Shown piece by piece: positions 42,459 through 53,668 of a stretch of DNA of 64,000 bases. This DNA comes from Candidatus Poribacteria bacterium (lineage in GTDB: Bacteria > Poribacteria > WGA-4E > PCPOR2b). The position numbers were made by a program, and so were the translations under genes. How positions within the stretch are numbered: the stretch's first letter is position 1; each line of letters begins with the position of its first letter. The stretch spans positions 960,001 to 1,024,000 of the forward strand of contig OZ242326.1 of NCBI GenBank assembly GCA_965208325.1, in the 5' to 3' direction. A model generated the notes under the pieces. It ran no database searches and was not told the DNA's origin. It worked only from the letters and a program-made list of their open reading frames with translations.

Positions 42459-43328
42459 TCATGACAGCAGCCGATAAAGCGCCGCAGCTATTCCATAGAT
42501 AATACCCGCTAGAACTGTTCCGGCAATTGTATCGACGGCGTAATGGAATCTTCCGTACACGGTTGCGATAACCAGTCCAACGCAGAACGGACACAAGATG
42601 ATAAAGGCGAGCGTGTCATACCGCATCGCATAGAGTAATACAACTACGGCAATGGCAGAATGCGAACTGGGGAAGGCGGTGCCTTTAGATGAACCCATCG
42701 AAAGGATAATATGTGTGAGCCTATGTAAAAAGCCTTTGGCAAGCTGTCCGCCAATCTTCTCAAACACGTAGCGCGGTCCGGCGACCGGCAGGAAAATATA
42801 ACAGATGAGGCACACATTGAAAGCAAGACACTCGGCAAAGACAACCTCACGGAATGCACCAATTCTACCTTGGAAATAAAGGACCGCCGGGAGTGATAGT
42901 ACGATTGCATAGTAACTAAAATAACACAGATGCAGCACCTCCGAGAGTGCTATCATTGGAAGATGTTTGCTCATAAACATGCTAGGTTGCCCCTTAAAAA
43001 GCCGATTCTCCCACCGAATTACCGCATCATCAAAGTATCCCCTGCGTATCATTTGAGTGAGCGGCGAGACTCCCCAGTAAAAAGCCGGTATTGTGGCGAG
43101 GGGATACCATTCACGCAGGAAACGAAACAAAAGCGGCAACGATTCACTTATTAAACTGACCCACAGAACGGCAATAACTAGGGTGACATGGGCAAGAAGA
43201 TAGAGATACCACCGCACTAAATTTTTGCGACGGAAGACAATCAATACACTTGTCAACCCCAAGTAGGCGATGATAACCCAGTCGGCGGGAAGAAGGGTTG
43301 CAGACAGTCGTATAATGATTCGGTCCAT
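42459..43328 (-). CDS. PAP2 superfamily membrane phosphoesterase/IPC synthase-like
   Basis: Multiple TMs, PVAGPR, AFPSSH, RFHYAVD. Confidence 0.88.
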   Translation of the reverse strand: MDRIIIRLSATLLPADWVIIAYLGLTSVLIVFRRKNLVRWYLYLLAHVTLVIAVLWVSLISESLPLLFRFLREWYPLATIPAFYWGVSPLTQMIRRGYFDDAVIRWENRLFKGQPSMFMSKHLPMIALSEVLHLCYFSYYAIVLSLPAVLYFQGRIGAFREVVFAECLAFNVCLICYIFLPVAGPRYVFEKIGGQLAKGFLHRLTHIILSMGSSKGTAFPSSHSAIAVVVLLYAMRYDTLAFIILCPFCVGLVIATVYGRFHYAVDTIAGTVLAGIIYGIAAALYRLLS

Positions 43329-43502
43329 GGGTTCAGGTCAGCGAGAATAATGCGGAAGAATTACATTTACAACTGGTTACACACTTGAATCACCAATCGC
43401 AATCTTAGTAGCAATAAAAGCAATATCTTACTTTCGCGCGCAAAGCGTGTCAAGCGGAAAAAAGGCAGATTAGCCCTTCTAAATGCTGACGCCGGGCGGG
43501 TT

Positions 43503-43829
43503 ATGGCACCTGAAAACACCGATCTCCCACTGATCCTTGACGAAATTCCGCAATCCGACCAGCGAGACCTCCTCAAGAAGGTCGCGACGCAGGTTGTAAA
43601 GCGCCGGTTAACCGCGCCGGCGATTTTGTTTCTTGAGATGTGCAAACCACTGAACTTTCTTGGAAGTCAAATACTTATCGCACTGAATCCATTTGTACAA
43701 ACCATTTTCAAAACGACCGAATACCAGAAATTTGCATTGATCATTGAGAAAGATGCCAACGTTGAGCTGCTGATTCGATTAATTGAAGAGTTAGATCTGG
43801 AGGAGCAAAAAAATGCCGAATCACTCTAA
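43503..43829 (+). CDS. Conserved-looking small hypothetical protein overlapping the glmL-like gene
   Basis: LTAPAILFLEMCKPLNFLGSQ helical motif; 17-bp overlap with the next ORF. Confidence 0.65.
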   Translation: MAPENTDLPLILDEIPQSDQRDLLKKVATQVVKRRLTAPAILFLEMCKPLNFLGSQILIALNPFVQTIFKTTEYQKFALIIEKDANVELLIRLIEELDLEEQKNAESL

Positions 43830-45633
43830 CGGGATGCGTTCGATCCTCGCCACAGATTGCGGCAGCACCACCACAAAAGCAATCCTAATTGAAAAACGGG
43901 GCGATGAATATCATCTTGTCGTGCGCGGTGAAGCGCCCACGACGGTCGAAGCACCGGTTGAGGATGTCACAGCCGGCGTAATCAACTCAATTACAGAGGT
44001 TGAGGAACTCGCCGGACGAAAGCTCCTAAACGACGGACAGCTCATAAAACCCCAGCACGAAGATGTTGGCGTTGACCTGTATATTTCGACCAGCAGCGCT
44101 GGAGGCGGGCTACAGATGATGGTTGCGGGCGTAGTGCTAAACCTCACCGCGGAGAGCGCGGAACGAGCTGCGCTAGGCGCCGGGGCGATTGTCATGGACA
44201 CGATTGCTTCTAACGACAAGCGATTGCCGCACGAACGGATTGAGCGCATCCGTCATCTCCGTCCGGACATGCTTCTGCTTTCAGGCGGTGTTGACGGCGG
44301 TACCACGTCGCATGTCGCGGAGTTAGCGGAGATTATCGCCGCTGCCAGCCCCAAACCGCGTCTAGGGTTGGACTACAAACTTCCCGTCATCTTTGCAGGA
44401 AACAAAAATGCGCATGACCTCGTCCGCGAAAGGCTTGGAGACGAAATGGCGCTTGAGGTTGTCGATAATCTACGCCCCGTGCTCGAGCGTGAGAATCTGA
44501 TGCCGACCCGCCTGAAGATTCAGAGCCAGTTCCTGGAGCACGTCATGGCGCATGCGCCAGGTTATAAAAAATTGATTTCATGGACAGACGAGCCAATTAT
44601 GCCAACGCCTGGCGCTGTGGGGGCAATCATTCAGACTATCGCGGAGCAGCGGGGCATCCAAGTCGTGGGCGTGGATATCGGCGGCGCTACCACAGACGTG
44701 TTTTCCGTATTTAAAAACCAACATAACGAAGGCGTTTTCAACCGTACAGTGAGTGCTAATCTCGGGATGAGCTACAGCGTTTCCAATGTACTTGCGGAAG
44801 CCGGGATGGAGAATATTTTACGCTGGACGCCGTTTGAAATTGACGCGGGTGATTTAGGCAATCGCATCAAGAACAAAACCATTCGTCCAACAACAATCCC
44901 ACAAACACTCCAAGAGTTGATAATTGAACAAGCTATTGCGCGTGAAGCACTGCGGTTAGCCTTTGAACAACACAAACGCCTTGCCGTCGAATTGCGCGGC
45001 GTGCAGCAACAGCGCACAATTTCCGAAGCATTTTCGCAAACCGAAACGGGAGAAACGCTTGTGGATATGCTCTCGTTGGATTTAATTATCGGAAGCGGAG
45101 GCGTGCTTTCGCATGCACCGAGGCGTCATCAAGCGATGTTGATGATGATTGACGCATTCCAACCAGAAGGAATCACTCACCTCGCCGTTGACAGCATTTT
45201 CATGATGCCGCAGCTTGGCGTTTTGGCGCAAGTCAACACAGAGGCTGCTGGACAGGTTTTTGAGCGCGATTGCCTTGTCCACCTCGGGACTTGCATTGCA
45301 CCGGTTGGCAAAACGAAAAGAGGCGAATCTTGTGTGACAATCACCGCTAACCTGCCCGGCAGCGGTGATGTATCGGAAGCTGTACCGTTTGGCAATCTGC
45401 GCTTGTTTCCACTTAAAGCCGGGGAGAAAGCCAAGGTGGCGGTTCAACCGGAACGCAATTTTGATCTGGGTGCAGGGCGCGGCAATGCGGTCGAAGTTGA
45501 AGTTTCTGGCGGGATAGTTGGATTGGTTGTGGACACGCGCGGCCGCCCTTTGGACATCGCGACTGATTCGACGCAGCGTGTCGCCGACCTAAAGCGGTGG
45601 ACTCAAGCACTTGCGGTGTATCCTGAAACGTAA
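43813..45633 (+). CDS. glmL: GlmL/MutL-like (glutamate mutase reactivase family) actin-like ATPase
   Basis: ATDCGSTTTK, SSAGGGL, LSGGVDGG, MPTPGAV, DIGGATTDVFS, RTVSANLGM, IGSGGVL. Confidence 0.82.
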   Translation: MPNHSNGMRSILATDCGSTTTKAILIEKRGDEYHLVVRGEAPTTVEAPVEDVTAGVINSITEVEELAGRKLLNDGQLIKPQHEDVGVDLYISTSSAGGGLQMMVAGVVLNLTAESAERAALGAGAIVMDTIASNDKRLPHERIERIRHLRPDMLLLSGGVDGGTTSHVAELAEIIAAASPKPRLGLDYKLPVIFAGNKNAHDLVRERLGDEMALEVVDNLRPVLERENLMPTRLKIQSQFLEHVMAHAPGYKKLISWTDEPIMPTPGAVGAIIQTIAEQRGIQVVGVDIGGATTDVFSVFKNQHNEGVFNRTVSANLGMSYSVSNVLAEAGMENILRWTPFEIDAGDLGNRIKNKTIRPTTIPQTLQELIIEQAIAREALRLAFEQHKRLAVELRGVQQQRTISEAFSQTETGETLVDMLSLDLIIGSGGVLSHAPRRHQAMLMMIDAFQPEGITHLAVDSIFMMPQLGVLAQVNTEAAGQVFERDCLVHLGTCIAPVGKTKRGESCVTITANLPGSGDVSEAVPFGNLRLFPLKAGEKAKVAVQPERNFDLGAGRGNAVEVEVSGGIVGLVVDTRGRPLDIATDSTQRVADLKRWTQALAVYPET

Positions 45634-45771
45634 CAAATAGTTTTTAGTACACGCCCGCGGACTCTCTCATCTCTAAGGGTTCTGAATGAAATCAGAATCT
45701 CCCTTCGTTCAACTACGCTATCCTCTTTTGCAATTCGCGTCTACCATCGGGAATTTTGCCCAAAAATGCCT

Positions 45772-46962
45772 TCACGCCTCACGTGGTGCGAAGCATTTTC
45801 GATACAACGCAACAATCTCCTCCTGCGACGCTTGACGCGGGTTATTGCCCGGGCTTCCGCTAGCAATTGCATCTGATGCCATCCGTTCAACGACAGCGTC
45901 AAACTTATCCGGCGCTATACCAATTTCCCCTAGGCGCGGCATCTGAATGTCGTTAATCATGCGTTCAACCGCAGCAACGGCGCAATCCGCCTGACGCATT
46001 ACAGATAGACCTTCGACCGATTCCCCCATGGCGCGGGCGATATGGGCAAAGCGGTCAGGCGAACCCGCTAAGCTGTATTCCATGACATCAAGCAGCAGTA
46101 CGGCATTTGATAAACCGTGATGAATATGGAAATAAGCGCCGATTGGGCGGGACATCCCATGTACTAACGCGACGGAGGCGTTGCTGAACGCCATTCCGGC
46201 AACGGTGGCACCGATCATCATCTCCGTTCGCGCCACAATGTTGCCGCCGTCCGCCCATGCTTGACGAATTGAACCAGAAATTAGCCGAATCGCGTCCAGC
46301 GCTAGCGCATCAGTTATCGGTTGAGCACGTTTTGAAACGTAGGCTTCGATGGCATGCGTCAGCGCGTCAACGCCAACTGCTCTGGTCAAGTGAGGCGGCG
46401 TGGTCAGCGATAGCACCGGGTCCACAAGCGCGGCTTGCGCCAGCAAACATGGGCTGCTCAGCATCATTTTCACGTTGTTTTCCGTGTCGGTAATCACCGT
46501 GACCTTCGTGACTTCGCTGCCGGTACCTGCTGTCGTCGGGATGGCGATTAATGGCGCACCGGGATTCGGAATTTTGTCGACGCCCATATAATCAGCCAGC
46601 TCACCATCGTTGGTCAACTTCACCGCAATTGCTTTGCCGCAGTCGATTGCACTGCCGCCGCCGATGCTCACAATGAGGCCGCACCCGTCCGTACCATATT
46701 GCTTTAAGCCGTCATTGACGTTTTGCAGCGTAGGATCGGGGGTGACATCGGCAAAGAGCGAGGTGTCAACCCCGGAATGGTTAAGCTGTTTTACGACCTG
46801 ATCAACGTACCCGATTTTAACAATTCCCGGATCGGTAACAACCAATGCCCTGTTTGCTCCTAAACGCTTTGCCTGTTCGCCAACCCGCTTAGACGCATCA
46901 ATGCCGGTGATAATTGTAGGGGGTATGTTAAACGAAGAGACTGTCGATGTTAAATCGTCCAT
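45772..46962 (-). CDS. Iron-containing alcohol dehydrogenase
   Basis: GGGSAID, PTTAGTGSE, DALTHAIE, HGMS, HHG. Confidence 0.92.
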   Translation of the reverse strand: MDDLTSTVSSFNIPPTIITGIDASKRVGEQAKRLGANRALVVTDPGIVKIGYVDQVVKQLNHSGVDTSLFADVTPDPTLQNVNDGLKQYGTDGCGLIVSIGGGSAIDCGKAIAVKLTNDGELADYMGVDKIPNPGAPLIAIPTTAGTGSEVTKVTVITDTENNVKMMLSSPCLLAQAALVDPVLSLTTPPHLTRAVGVDALTHAIEAYVSKRAQPITDALALDAIRLISGSIRQAWADGGNIVARTEMMIGATVAGMAFSNASVALVHGMSRPIGAYFHIHHGLSNAVLLLDVMEYSLAGSPDRFAHIARAMGESVEGLSVMRQADCAVAAVERMINDIQMPRLGEIGIAPDKFDAVVERMASDAIASGSPGNNPRQASQEEIVALYRKCFAPREA

Positions 46963-47047
46963 TCTTCTGTTCCGTTAATTCGAGCTGAACCGAATTGCAG
47001 GTTTATCAAGATTTTTGCGGCGCTTCAACGCTTGTACGGCAGTTCAT

Positions 47048-48616
47048 CTAATGCCGAAAATGCCGCACGCCTGTGAAAACCATTGCCATACTGTAGCGAT
47101 CTGCCGCCTCAATAACCGATGCATCTCCAGCAGAACCGCCGGGTTGAATAATCCCGCATACGCCCGCCTCGCCCGCTACTTCAATATTGTCTGGAAATGG
47201 GATATAGGCATCTGATGCAAGCAGTGCCGCTTTCGCCCTTTCTTCGCCAGCTTTCCTGACAGCGGTAATGCTTGCATCAACACGGCTCATCTGGCCAGCA
47301 CCGATGCCGACGGTCTTAGTTCCACGAGCAAGCACGATACTATTGGATTTGACGTGCTTACACGCCTTCCAGGCAAATAGTAAGGATTCAATCTCCGCTT
47401 CGGTCGGTTGGCGCTTCGTAACAACCTGTAAGGTGTTAGGCGTGGTCTCGTGCATATCCCGACTCTGGAGTAGCACGCCTCCGACGACGTTTCGAATCTG
47501 CTTAACCGCCGGATTATGAGATAATTCGTTCGTTTCCAAGATTCGGCGGTGTTTCACGCGAGAAAGCGTTTTCAACGCTCTGTCCGTGTAGCACGGTGCG
47601 ATGATTGCCTCGACTTTAATCCCGGCTCTTGCCGCTTCGCGAATCGCGTTTGCGGCTTCTAAATCAACTTCACGGTTAAGACCGATGACACATCCAAAGG
47701 CGGAGAGGCGATCGCAATCGAGGGCATCACTGAACGCGCCCGCCAAATTTGAGGCAGCCGCCAACCCGCACGGGTTGTTGTGCTTGATAATGGCGCAGGC
47801 AGGTTCGGTGAAATCCTTGACTATCTCAATTGCCGCTTCCAGATCGAGGATATTGTTGTACGAAAGTTCTTGGCCGCTAAGTTGGTTCGCCCAAGCGGCG
47901 CACGGTTCGGGCGAGGAATGCGCGCGATAGAAAGCCGCCGTTTGGTGGGGATTCTCGCCGTACCGGAGCGACTGGGCTTTTTCATAGCGAACGTCAAGAA
48001 TCTCGGGAAATTCTCCGTGCGATGACTCAAGGTTAGCCAGGTAACGAGATATAACCGCATCGTAATGAGCGGTATGGGCAAATGCAGCTTTTGCCAATCG
48101 AAACCGGGTTTCGTCTGATAGGCAACCATCGTTGGCTTCCAACTCCGCAACGGTGTCAGGATACTGGCTGGGATTGCTGAGCACAGCGACATCGCGGTAA
48201 TTTTTGGCTGCGGATCGGATCATTGTAGGACCGCCGATGTCGATGTTTTCAATCACTTCAGTAAGATCGATGCCTTTCTTCGCTATTGTTGCCTCAAACG
48301 GATATAGATTGCACACGACGAGATCAATCATCCCAATCCCGTGTTCCGTAGTCTGCGCGATGTGCTCAGGATTATCTCGAACAGCGAGCAACCCCGCGTG
48401 AATCCTCGGATGGAGGGTTTTCACACGCCCGTCTAACATTTCCGGAAAACCGGTGTGGCCGGAAACCTCGCGGATTCCAATTCCTAACTCCTGAAGGTGT
48501 TTGGCGGTGCCGCCCGTCGAAAGAATCTCCACACCCCTTTCGACTAGGGACTTTGCGAGACTATCGAGGCCTGCCTTGTCGTATACACTTACTAATGCAC
48601 GTCGGATATATTTCAT
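47048..48616 (-). CDS. purH: Bifunctional AICAR transformylase/IMP cyclohydrolase
   Basis: STGGT, GRVKTLHP, ENIDIGGP, RYGENPHQ, KHNNPCG, KSN, QPGGS, RHFRH. Confidence 0.97.
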   Translation of the reverse strand: MKYIRRALVSVYDKAGLDSLAKSLVERGVEILSTGGTAKHLQELGIGIREVSGHTGFPEMLDGRVKTLHPRIHAGLLAVRDNPEHIAQTTEHGIGMIDLVVCNLYPFEATIAKKGIDLTEVIENIDIGGPTMIRSAAKNYRDVAVLSNPSQYPDTVAELEANDGCLSDETRFRLAKAAFAHTAHYDAVISRYLANLESSHGEFPEILDVRYEKAQSLRYGENPHQTAAFYRAHSSPEPCAAWANQLSGQELSYNNILDLEAAIEIVKDFTEPACAIIKHNNPCGLAAASNLAGAFSDALDCDRLSAFGCVIGLNREVDLEAANAIREAARAGIKVEAIIAPCYTDRALKTLSRVKHRRILETNELSHNPAVKQIRNVVGGVLLQSRDMHETTPNTLQVVTKRQPTEAEIESLLFAWKACKHVKSNSIVLARGTKTVGIGAGQMSRVDASITAVRKAGEERAKAALLASDAYIPFPDNIEVAGEAGVCGIIQPGGSAGDASVIEAADRYSMAMVFTGVRHFRH

Positions 48617-48701
48617 TATGAATTTTGCCTTTTTTTCGGTACATGGGAAGCCGGCGTGGACATCAGCTACTCAAGCACCCTACTCTTCAGGATTTTTCGT
48701 T

Positions 48702-49469
48702 TCAGCGCTGAAGTGCGCGTACATGCTGCTGGACGGATTTCAACAAAAAGGTCTCCGCGTTGCCGCAGCTTAACACGCGAAAGCCCCGTTCCATGGCTTG
48801 GAGCGCGTCCTCGACAGTGCCTGCCGGACATCCTACAGCGATATCTTTCCGCGCCGCAGCAGCCAGCACCCTCTCGGATGCTTCAATAACTTTCGGGTGC
48901 GATGTCTGCCCCGTAACTCCCAACGAAGCAGCGAGATCGCTCTTTCCTATGCTCAGCACATCAATTCCTTCGACTTCTACAATTTCATCAATGTTTTCAA
49001 CGGCTTCGGCGTCCTCAATCATAGCGGCGACAACGATTTCATCGTTGATGCCCGCATAATAATCCTCCGTCGATACCGCACCGAACTTGATACTCCTGCC
49101 CGGACCAACACCGCGCTTCCCCTGCGGCGGGTAGAGCGCGCCATCGACAATCTGTTGTGCATCTTCCGCGCTACGGCAGTGCGGGACAAGTATTCCCATC
49201 GCCCCGAGGTCAAGCGCACGCATAATCATCGCCGCGTTATTTTCGTGAATACGGACGATTGGCGTAATCCCGACCGCATAGGCCGCCAAAATCATGCGCT
49301 CCATCTCCGTCCAGCCGATTGAACCGTGTTCGCCATCAATTCGGACATAATCTAAGCCGGCATAACCGAGTATTTCCACGATTCCCGGTTCAGGCAGCCG
49401 AGCCCCAACGCCGAAGACTGATGCGCCGCCTTTGAGTTTCCGTTTCATTGGATTCGGTCTGATGCGCAT
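48702..49469 (-). CDS. HpcH/HpaI aldolase family protein
   Basis: IDGEH, ALDLGAMGILVP, YPPQGKRG, AMIE, IGKSDL. Confidence 0.88.
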   Translation of the reverse strand: MRIRPNPMKRKLKGGASVFGVGARLPEPGIVEILGYAGLDYVRIDGEHGSIGWTEMERMILAAYAVGITPIVRIHENNAAMIMRALDLGAMGILVPHCRSAEDAQQIVDGALYPPQGKRGVGPGRSIKFGAVSTEDYYAGINDEIVVAAMIEDAEAVENIDEIVEVEGIDVLSIGKSDLAASLGVTGQTSHPKVIEASERVLAAAARKDIAVGCPAGTVEDALQAMERGFRVLSCGNAETFLLKSVQQHVRALQR

Positions 49470-49778
49470 GTCCTATTCTCCACGTATAACATTCCGCCAC
49501 ATGATAATGACAATTTCAGAACATTTAGAATTCCACAGGCATTATAGCATTGAATACCGCACCGGTCAAGATCGACTTTCAATGCGGCAACCTTCCCTCT
49601 TCAGATTCATTACAATTCGAGTTTTATAGATGACTATCGGGATTTTCCCACGGTTCGCGCGCGAGGAAATGCGCCCATCTTTCTACTTGACGTCCTATGT
49701 ATTCGGTTGATAAAATCATATATTGATTCGAACTTAAATGACGGCGGCGGGAATATTTTGAATGGGAGGAAGATTTGT

Positions 49779-50510
49779 ATGTCGAAACAAAATTGGCAAA
49801 CTTTAGCCAAAGAATTAAAGCGGGAACTCGGCTTGAAACACGTTGCCATCGCGATTACGTTTTCTCAGGATGCGCCGAGTAATGCGGCGCAATACGAAGG
49901 AGAGATGCCAAATCCTTCAGCCGATGGGAGGACGGGGAAGGTCCCAGCCGGGTGCGTATTCTGGACAGCGGCTACCGAGAAGACCTTTACGACTGAGCCT
50001 GAGGACCACTACAATTGCAGCGTCGGAAGTGTCACGCATGGATTGAAAACGCTGGAAGATGTCATGGATAATGAAGATGTTCAGGGGCTCGTCGGATCCG
50101 GATGGGTATCACCGGAAGAAGCAATGCAACTTCCATTTGTAAAACAGCGGTACAACCACATCACGTACGGTCCCCTGGGCGACACTACTGTCGATCCCGA
50201 CGTGATACTCTTGCGGATCAACGCTTTTCAGGCGATGGTGATTCATGATGCGTTCAGTGACGTAGAAATCGTGAACAAACCGCAATGCCACATCATTCCA
50301 ATCGCTAAGGAGCAAAACAGACTCGCCATGAGTACGGGCTGCATCTTGAGCCGGGTTCGAACGGGTATGCCGCCAGACGAGATGACGTGCACTATTCCGG
50401 CGCGGCAGTTGGAAGCAATTCTTGAAAAGTTAAAGGTTCGGCGGGAAGCGAATGCGGCGGCTTCCGCTTATGCAAACCAAGACGGTCGGCGTTTTGCTGA
50501 CCTCGCTTAA
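49779..50510 (+). CDS. DUF169-like protein
   Basis: AGCVFW, HYNCSVG, YGPL..PDVIL, PQC, TGCILSR, DEM; GGAGGA RBS before ATG 49779. Confidence 0.7.
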   Translation: MSKQNWQTLAKELKRELGLKHVAIAITFSQDAPSNAAQYEGEMPNPSADGRTGKVPAGCVFWTAATEKTFTTEPEDHYNCSVGSVTHGLKTLEDVMDNEDVQGLVGSGWVSPEEAMQLPFVKQRYNHITYGPLGDTTVDPDVILLRINAFQAMVIHDAFSDVEIVNKPQCHIIPIAKEQNRLAMSTGCILSRVRTGMPPDEMTCTIPARQLEAILEKLKVRREANAAASAYANQDGRRFADLA

Positions 50511-50836
50511 GCTTCGGTTAATCCGGACTTGACGATAAGAACTCACACAATTTGCGCGCTTGGTCTCTTTTGAGCTTCGCCATATTAGAATCTTTCGTCT
50601 AAAAACCAACGCAATTTTATGGTGTCTGCCAGAGAACGTATCGCGGTGATAGCCGGTGTTTGCATCGGCGGTAGCAATTTCCTTACCGGAGCCTGATTGG
50701 GGGGCAGCGAGGAAGAAAGCATCAAAACTTGTGCAACATCCTGACTGTAGCGAGTTTTGCCGTGGTACCGACGCTACCGCAGCCGGTAAGGTTTCCCAAT
50801 CTCGCCGGTTCGGACAAGTGCCGTATATGCCGTTTC

Positions 50837-51652
50837 TTAAGAACGCCGCGCGTATTGTGGAAACAGTTCGTCATGAATGTCGCTGCACTGCCGGAGATGG
50901 ATTTGCCGATTCGCGTCGGCAGTGTCAACTATCGTGGGATAGAACATCCCCGCGCCCGTCTCAACTTTATACCCGCCCGGTGAATGGACGCTCAAGTAAC
51001 GATGGAGCGTCTCTAAATCCCGTTTGGTTTTACAATGTTGTGTGCAATTCATGGTGAACATCCGACGCCGAGTACCACCGCCAAATGATGCGTGATAGGT
51101 ATCGTGATTGAATATCACGACATCACCGGGTGTATTTTCCAGCGCAACACTCGTTGGGAAGCCGCACGGCGGTATACCGTACAGTGATTCCGAATGGTTC
51201 GGGTCAATCTTTTCTGCTCTAACAAAGTGTGCCGGGTTTTGGCTGCCAGGAATGATGCGTAAGCATCCCGTACCTTCAGTCAGCGGATCAAGATAAATCG
51301 CCAGCTTGCAAGCGAAGAGCCGCCCCCAATTTCCGTCCGGATGCCAACCGGTGTTTCCGGTGTAATAGTTCCCGTCACCGCCTGCGAAGTTAAAATCTTC
51401 CCCGAGTACGCCGCCGATTAGCCCTTTGATTCGTGCATCATCCAGCAGGGCACAGAGCCGAGGACGATGTTCCATCGGACCGCCGAACATTGTACGGCTT
51501 GAACCATCGTGGTCTTTACCGCCGCCGAATTGCTGAATGGTTATCTCAAATTCTTCCGTAATCCAATCCATCTCGCACGGCGAAAACATACCCGGTATGG
51601 CGAGATAACCGAATGTATTGAAGAAATTCACCTGATGTGCTGTTAGTTTCAT
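50837..51652 (-). CDS. Phytanoyl-CoA dioxygenase (PhyH) family Fe/2OG enzyme
   Basis: FFNTFGYL, WHPD, GCLRIIPGS, PGDVVIFNHDTYH, RR. Confidence 0.88.
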   Translation of the reverse strand: MKLTAHQVNFFNTFGYLAIPGMFSPCEMDWITEEFEITIQQFGGGKDHDGSSRTMFGGPMEHRPRLCALLDDARIKGLIGGVLGEDFNFAGGDGNYYTGNTGWHPDGNWGRLFACKLAIYLDPLTEGTGCLRIIPGSQNPAHFVRAEKIDPNHSESLYGIPPCGFPTSVALENTPGDVVIFNHDTYHASFGGGTRRRMFTMNCTQHCKTKRDLETLHRYLSVHSPGGYKVETGAGMFYPTIVDTADANRQIHLRQCSDIHDELFPQYARRS

Positions 51653-51755
51653 TGTGGGGCTTTCGGCGTGATAGTACGGAATTTCGGTTATAGAGAAGAA
51701 TTGATTTTCTTCTCCTCACATCTCAAGCAAAGGTGATGGTCGAAACACAGAGTTC

Positions 51756-52556
51756 TCATGACCCGCGCGCATCAATCAACGCCCGCACGCGAACGGGGTC
51801 GATTTCGTTCGTTGTCACACCGTCGCGTTTAATTGAAGTGCCGACGATGACGCCATCCGCGCACTGCAGGGTCTCAGCAAGGTTGTCGGCAGCGACGCCG
51901 CTTCCGGCGAATACTTTCCCTTGCGGAACAGCATCTTTTACGGTTTTCAATCGCTTGAGGTCGGTGCGCTCGCCTGTTCCCGCTCCAGTCACGATTAGTG
52001 CATCAGCAAGTCCGCGATAATAAGTATCTTGGGCAACTGATGCAAGGTCGAATTGTCCAATCGGCGCAGCGTGCTTGACAGCCACATCGGCGAAAATCTT
52101 GACATCGCTACCAAGGACGGATCGATAGCGCACGGTTTCATAAGCCTTCCCTTGCAGAAGGCCCTGATCGGTGAGCATTACGCCGGTGTGCACGTTGATG
52201 CGGATAAAATCTGCGTTCGCCGCTGCCGCAATAGCTAATGCGGATTTTGCGTCATTACGCAATACGTTTACCCCAATGGGGGTCTTGGGAAAACGTTCTC
52301 GATGTTCGTTGACGATGATTGCCATAGCCGCTACGGTGTGCGCCTCTACGCAATCCGGGAAAAAAGGCGCATCGCCATAGTTTTCTACGATAACGCCGTC
52401 GATGCCGTTGTCAATCAGCGCTTCAGCGTCCGCCAACGCCCGCGCACGAACCTCATTTAATGGAGATGCTTGTCTCGGACTGCCTAGCAGCGGGAGCAGA
52501 TGGACAACACCGACGATTGGTTTGGCACAGCTAAAGACGCAGTTGATTCCTTGCAT
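51756..52556 (-). CDS. BtpA/SgcQ family TIM-barrel protein
   Basis: GVVHL, ENYGDAPF, GVNVLRND, DVAVKHA, IVTGAGTG, GSGV. Confidence 0.9.
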   Translation of the reverse strand: MQGINCVFSCAKPIVGVVHLLPLLGSPRQASPLNEVRARALADAEALIDNGIDGVIVENYGDAPFFPDCVEAHTVAAMAIIVNEHRERFPKTPIGVNVLRNDAKSALAIAAAANADFIRINVHTGVMLTDQGLLQGKAYETVRYRSVLGSDVKIFADVAVKHAAPIGQFDLASVAQDTYYRGLADALIVTGAGTGERTDLKRLKTVKDAVPQGKVFAGSGVAADNLAETLQCADGVIVGTSIKRDGVTTNEIDPVRVRALIDARGS

Positions 52557-52690
52557 TGATGTTGATTGCGACCGAGGTTTCTATGATTGGCGGTTTCAAC
52601 CTCAATGGGGAGCTAATGCCCGCATCAATACAATTGTATTCCCAATTGACGTTGTGAAACGAACACCCATTGTATGTCGAACTTTAGACC

Positions 52691-53542
52691 TCAACTCGAT
52701 TCCGGAAAATCCCAGATTTGAAGTGCGGTTTTTCCCAAAATCCATTCCATATCCTCTGGTGCGAAAAAGTCCATTTCGTCTCGTACGACAGACAATGTTT
52801 GCGGATACGCAGCGGCATTCAGACAGACCGGCCAATCCGTCCCCCACATAATCCGCTGCGCACCATACGTGTGGTACACCTTCTTTACCATATCGTGCGT
52901 ATCAGCCCAAGGATAAGCGGTCTCCGATAACCACCAGGTGTGACTAATTTTGACGTATACATTTGGGAACACTGCTAGATTGAGCAGGAGCTGCAAATGA
53001 TCCGGCTGATCGATGGCGCAGTCCGCCATGTGATCGATTACCATGTTTAGGCGACTGTGGCGTTCTAGTAATTTTGCCAATTCCGGCAAACGATCGGGGG
53101 CAGCATTTTCGGCGCCGTGCTTTTTTGTGACAAGCAACATCGGAACACCCAGTTCTTCAGCGCGGCCAAAGATTCTACGCGTCAACTCGCCGCCGTACCA
53201 AGCGCCCGCCGCGCCTGCGGCAGGACTCAACCGCACGCCGTGAAAGCCGTGTTTCTCCGTCCAATAACTGAGGTGATCCGGCGCGTCAGGGTCTTCGGGA
53301 TTAACACGACACACGCCCATGAATTTATCCGGATAGGTTTCCACCGCATGTGCGGTATAGGTGTTGTCCCAACGATAGTGAATTGACTGTACCAGTACGG
53401 TCTTCTCCACACCGTTCGCCGCCATCAACTCCAACAACATCTCCGGTGTCGCGTCATGGTTAGGGGGAACGGCGGTCTCCGGCGCCCACGGAAATCGGGG
53501 ATCGTTTTTCCAAACGTGAACGTGTGGATCGATAATTCGCAT
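52691..53542 (-). CDS. Amidohydrolase family protein
   Basis: IDPHVH, GVRL, IDHMA, YVKIS, WGTDWP. Confidence 0.9.
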   Translation of the reverse strand: MRIIDPHVHVWKNDPRFPWAPETAVPPNHDATPEMLLELMAANGVEKTVLVQSIHYRWDNTYTAHAVETYPDKFMGVCRVNPEDPDAPDHLSYWTEKHGFHGVRLSPAAGAAGAWYGGELTRRIFGRAEELGVPMLLVTKKHGAENAAPDRLPELAKLLERHSRLNMVIDHMADCAIDQPDHLQLLLNLAVFPNVYVKISHTWWLSETAYPWADTHDMVKKVYHTYGAQRIMWGTDWPVCLNAAAYPQTLSVVRDEMDFFAPEDMEWILGKTALQIWDFPESS

Positions 53543-53668
53543 ATTTGATTACCCATTAATGTGCCGCATTTTCCGATACAAATCGCAAGCTAGAAAATAC
53601 AACAATGGCGTGAGTTTCGGCGGGGTGATTCGAGACTTAAGGCATTTATTTTAGCGCCAACGACTCTG

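Noticed and set aside
48617..48701. ZTP riboswitch upstream of purH
   Set aside because: 85-bp gap without the recognisable pfl-motif consensus
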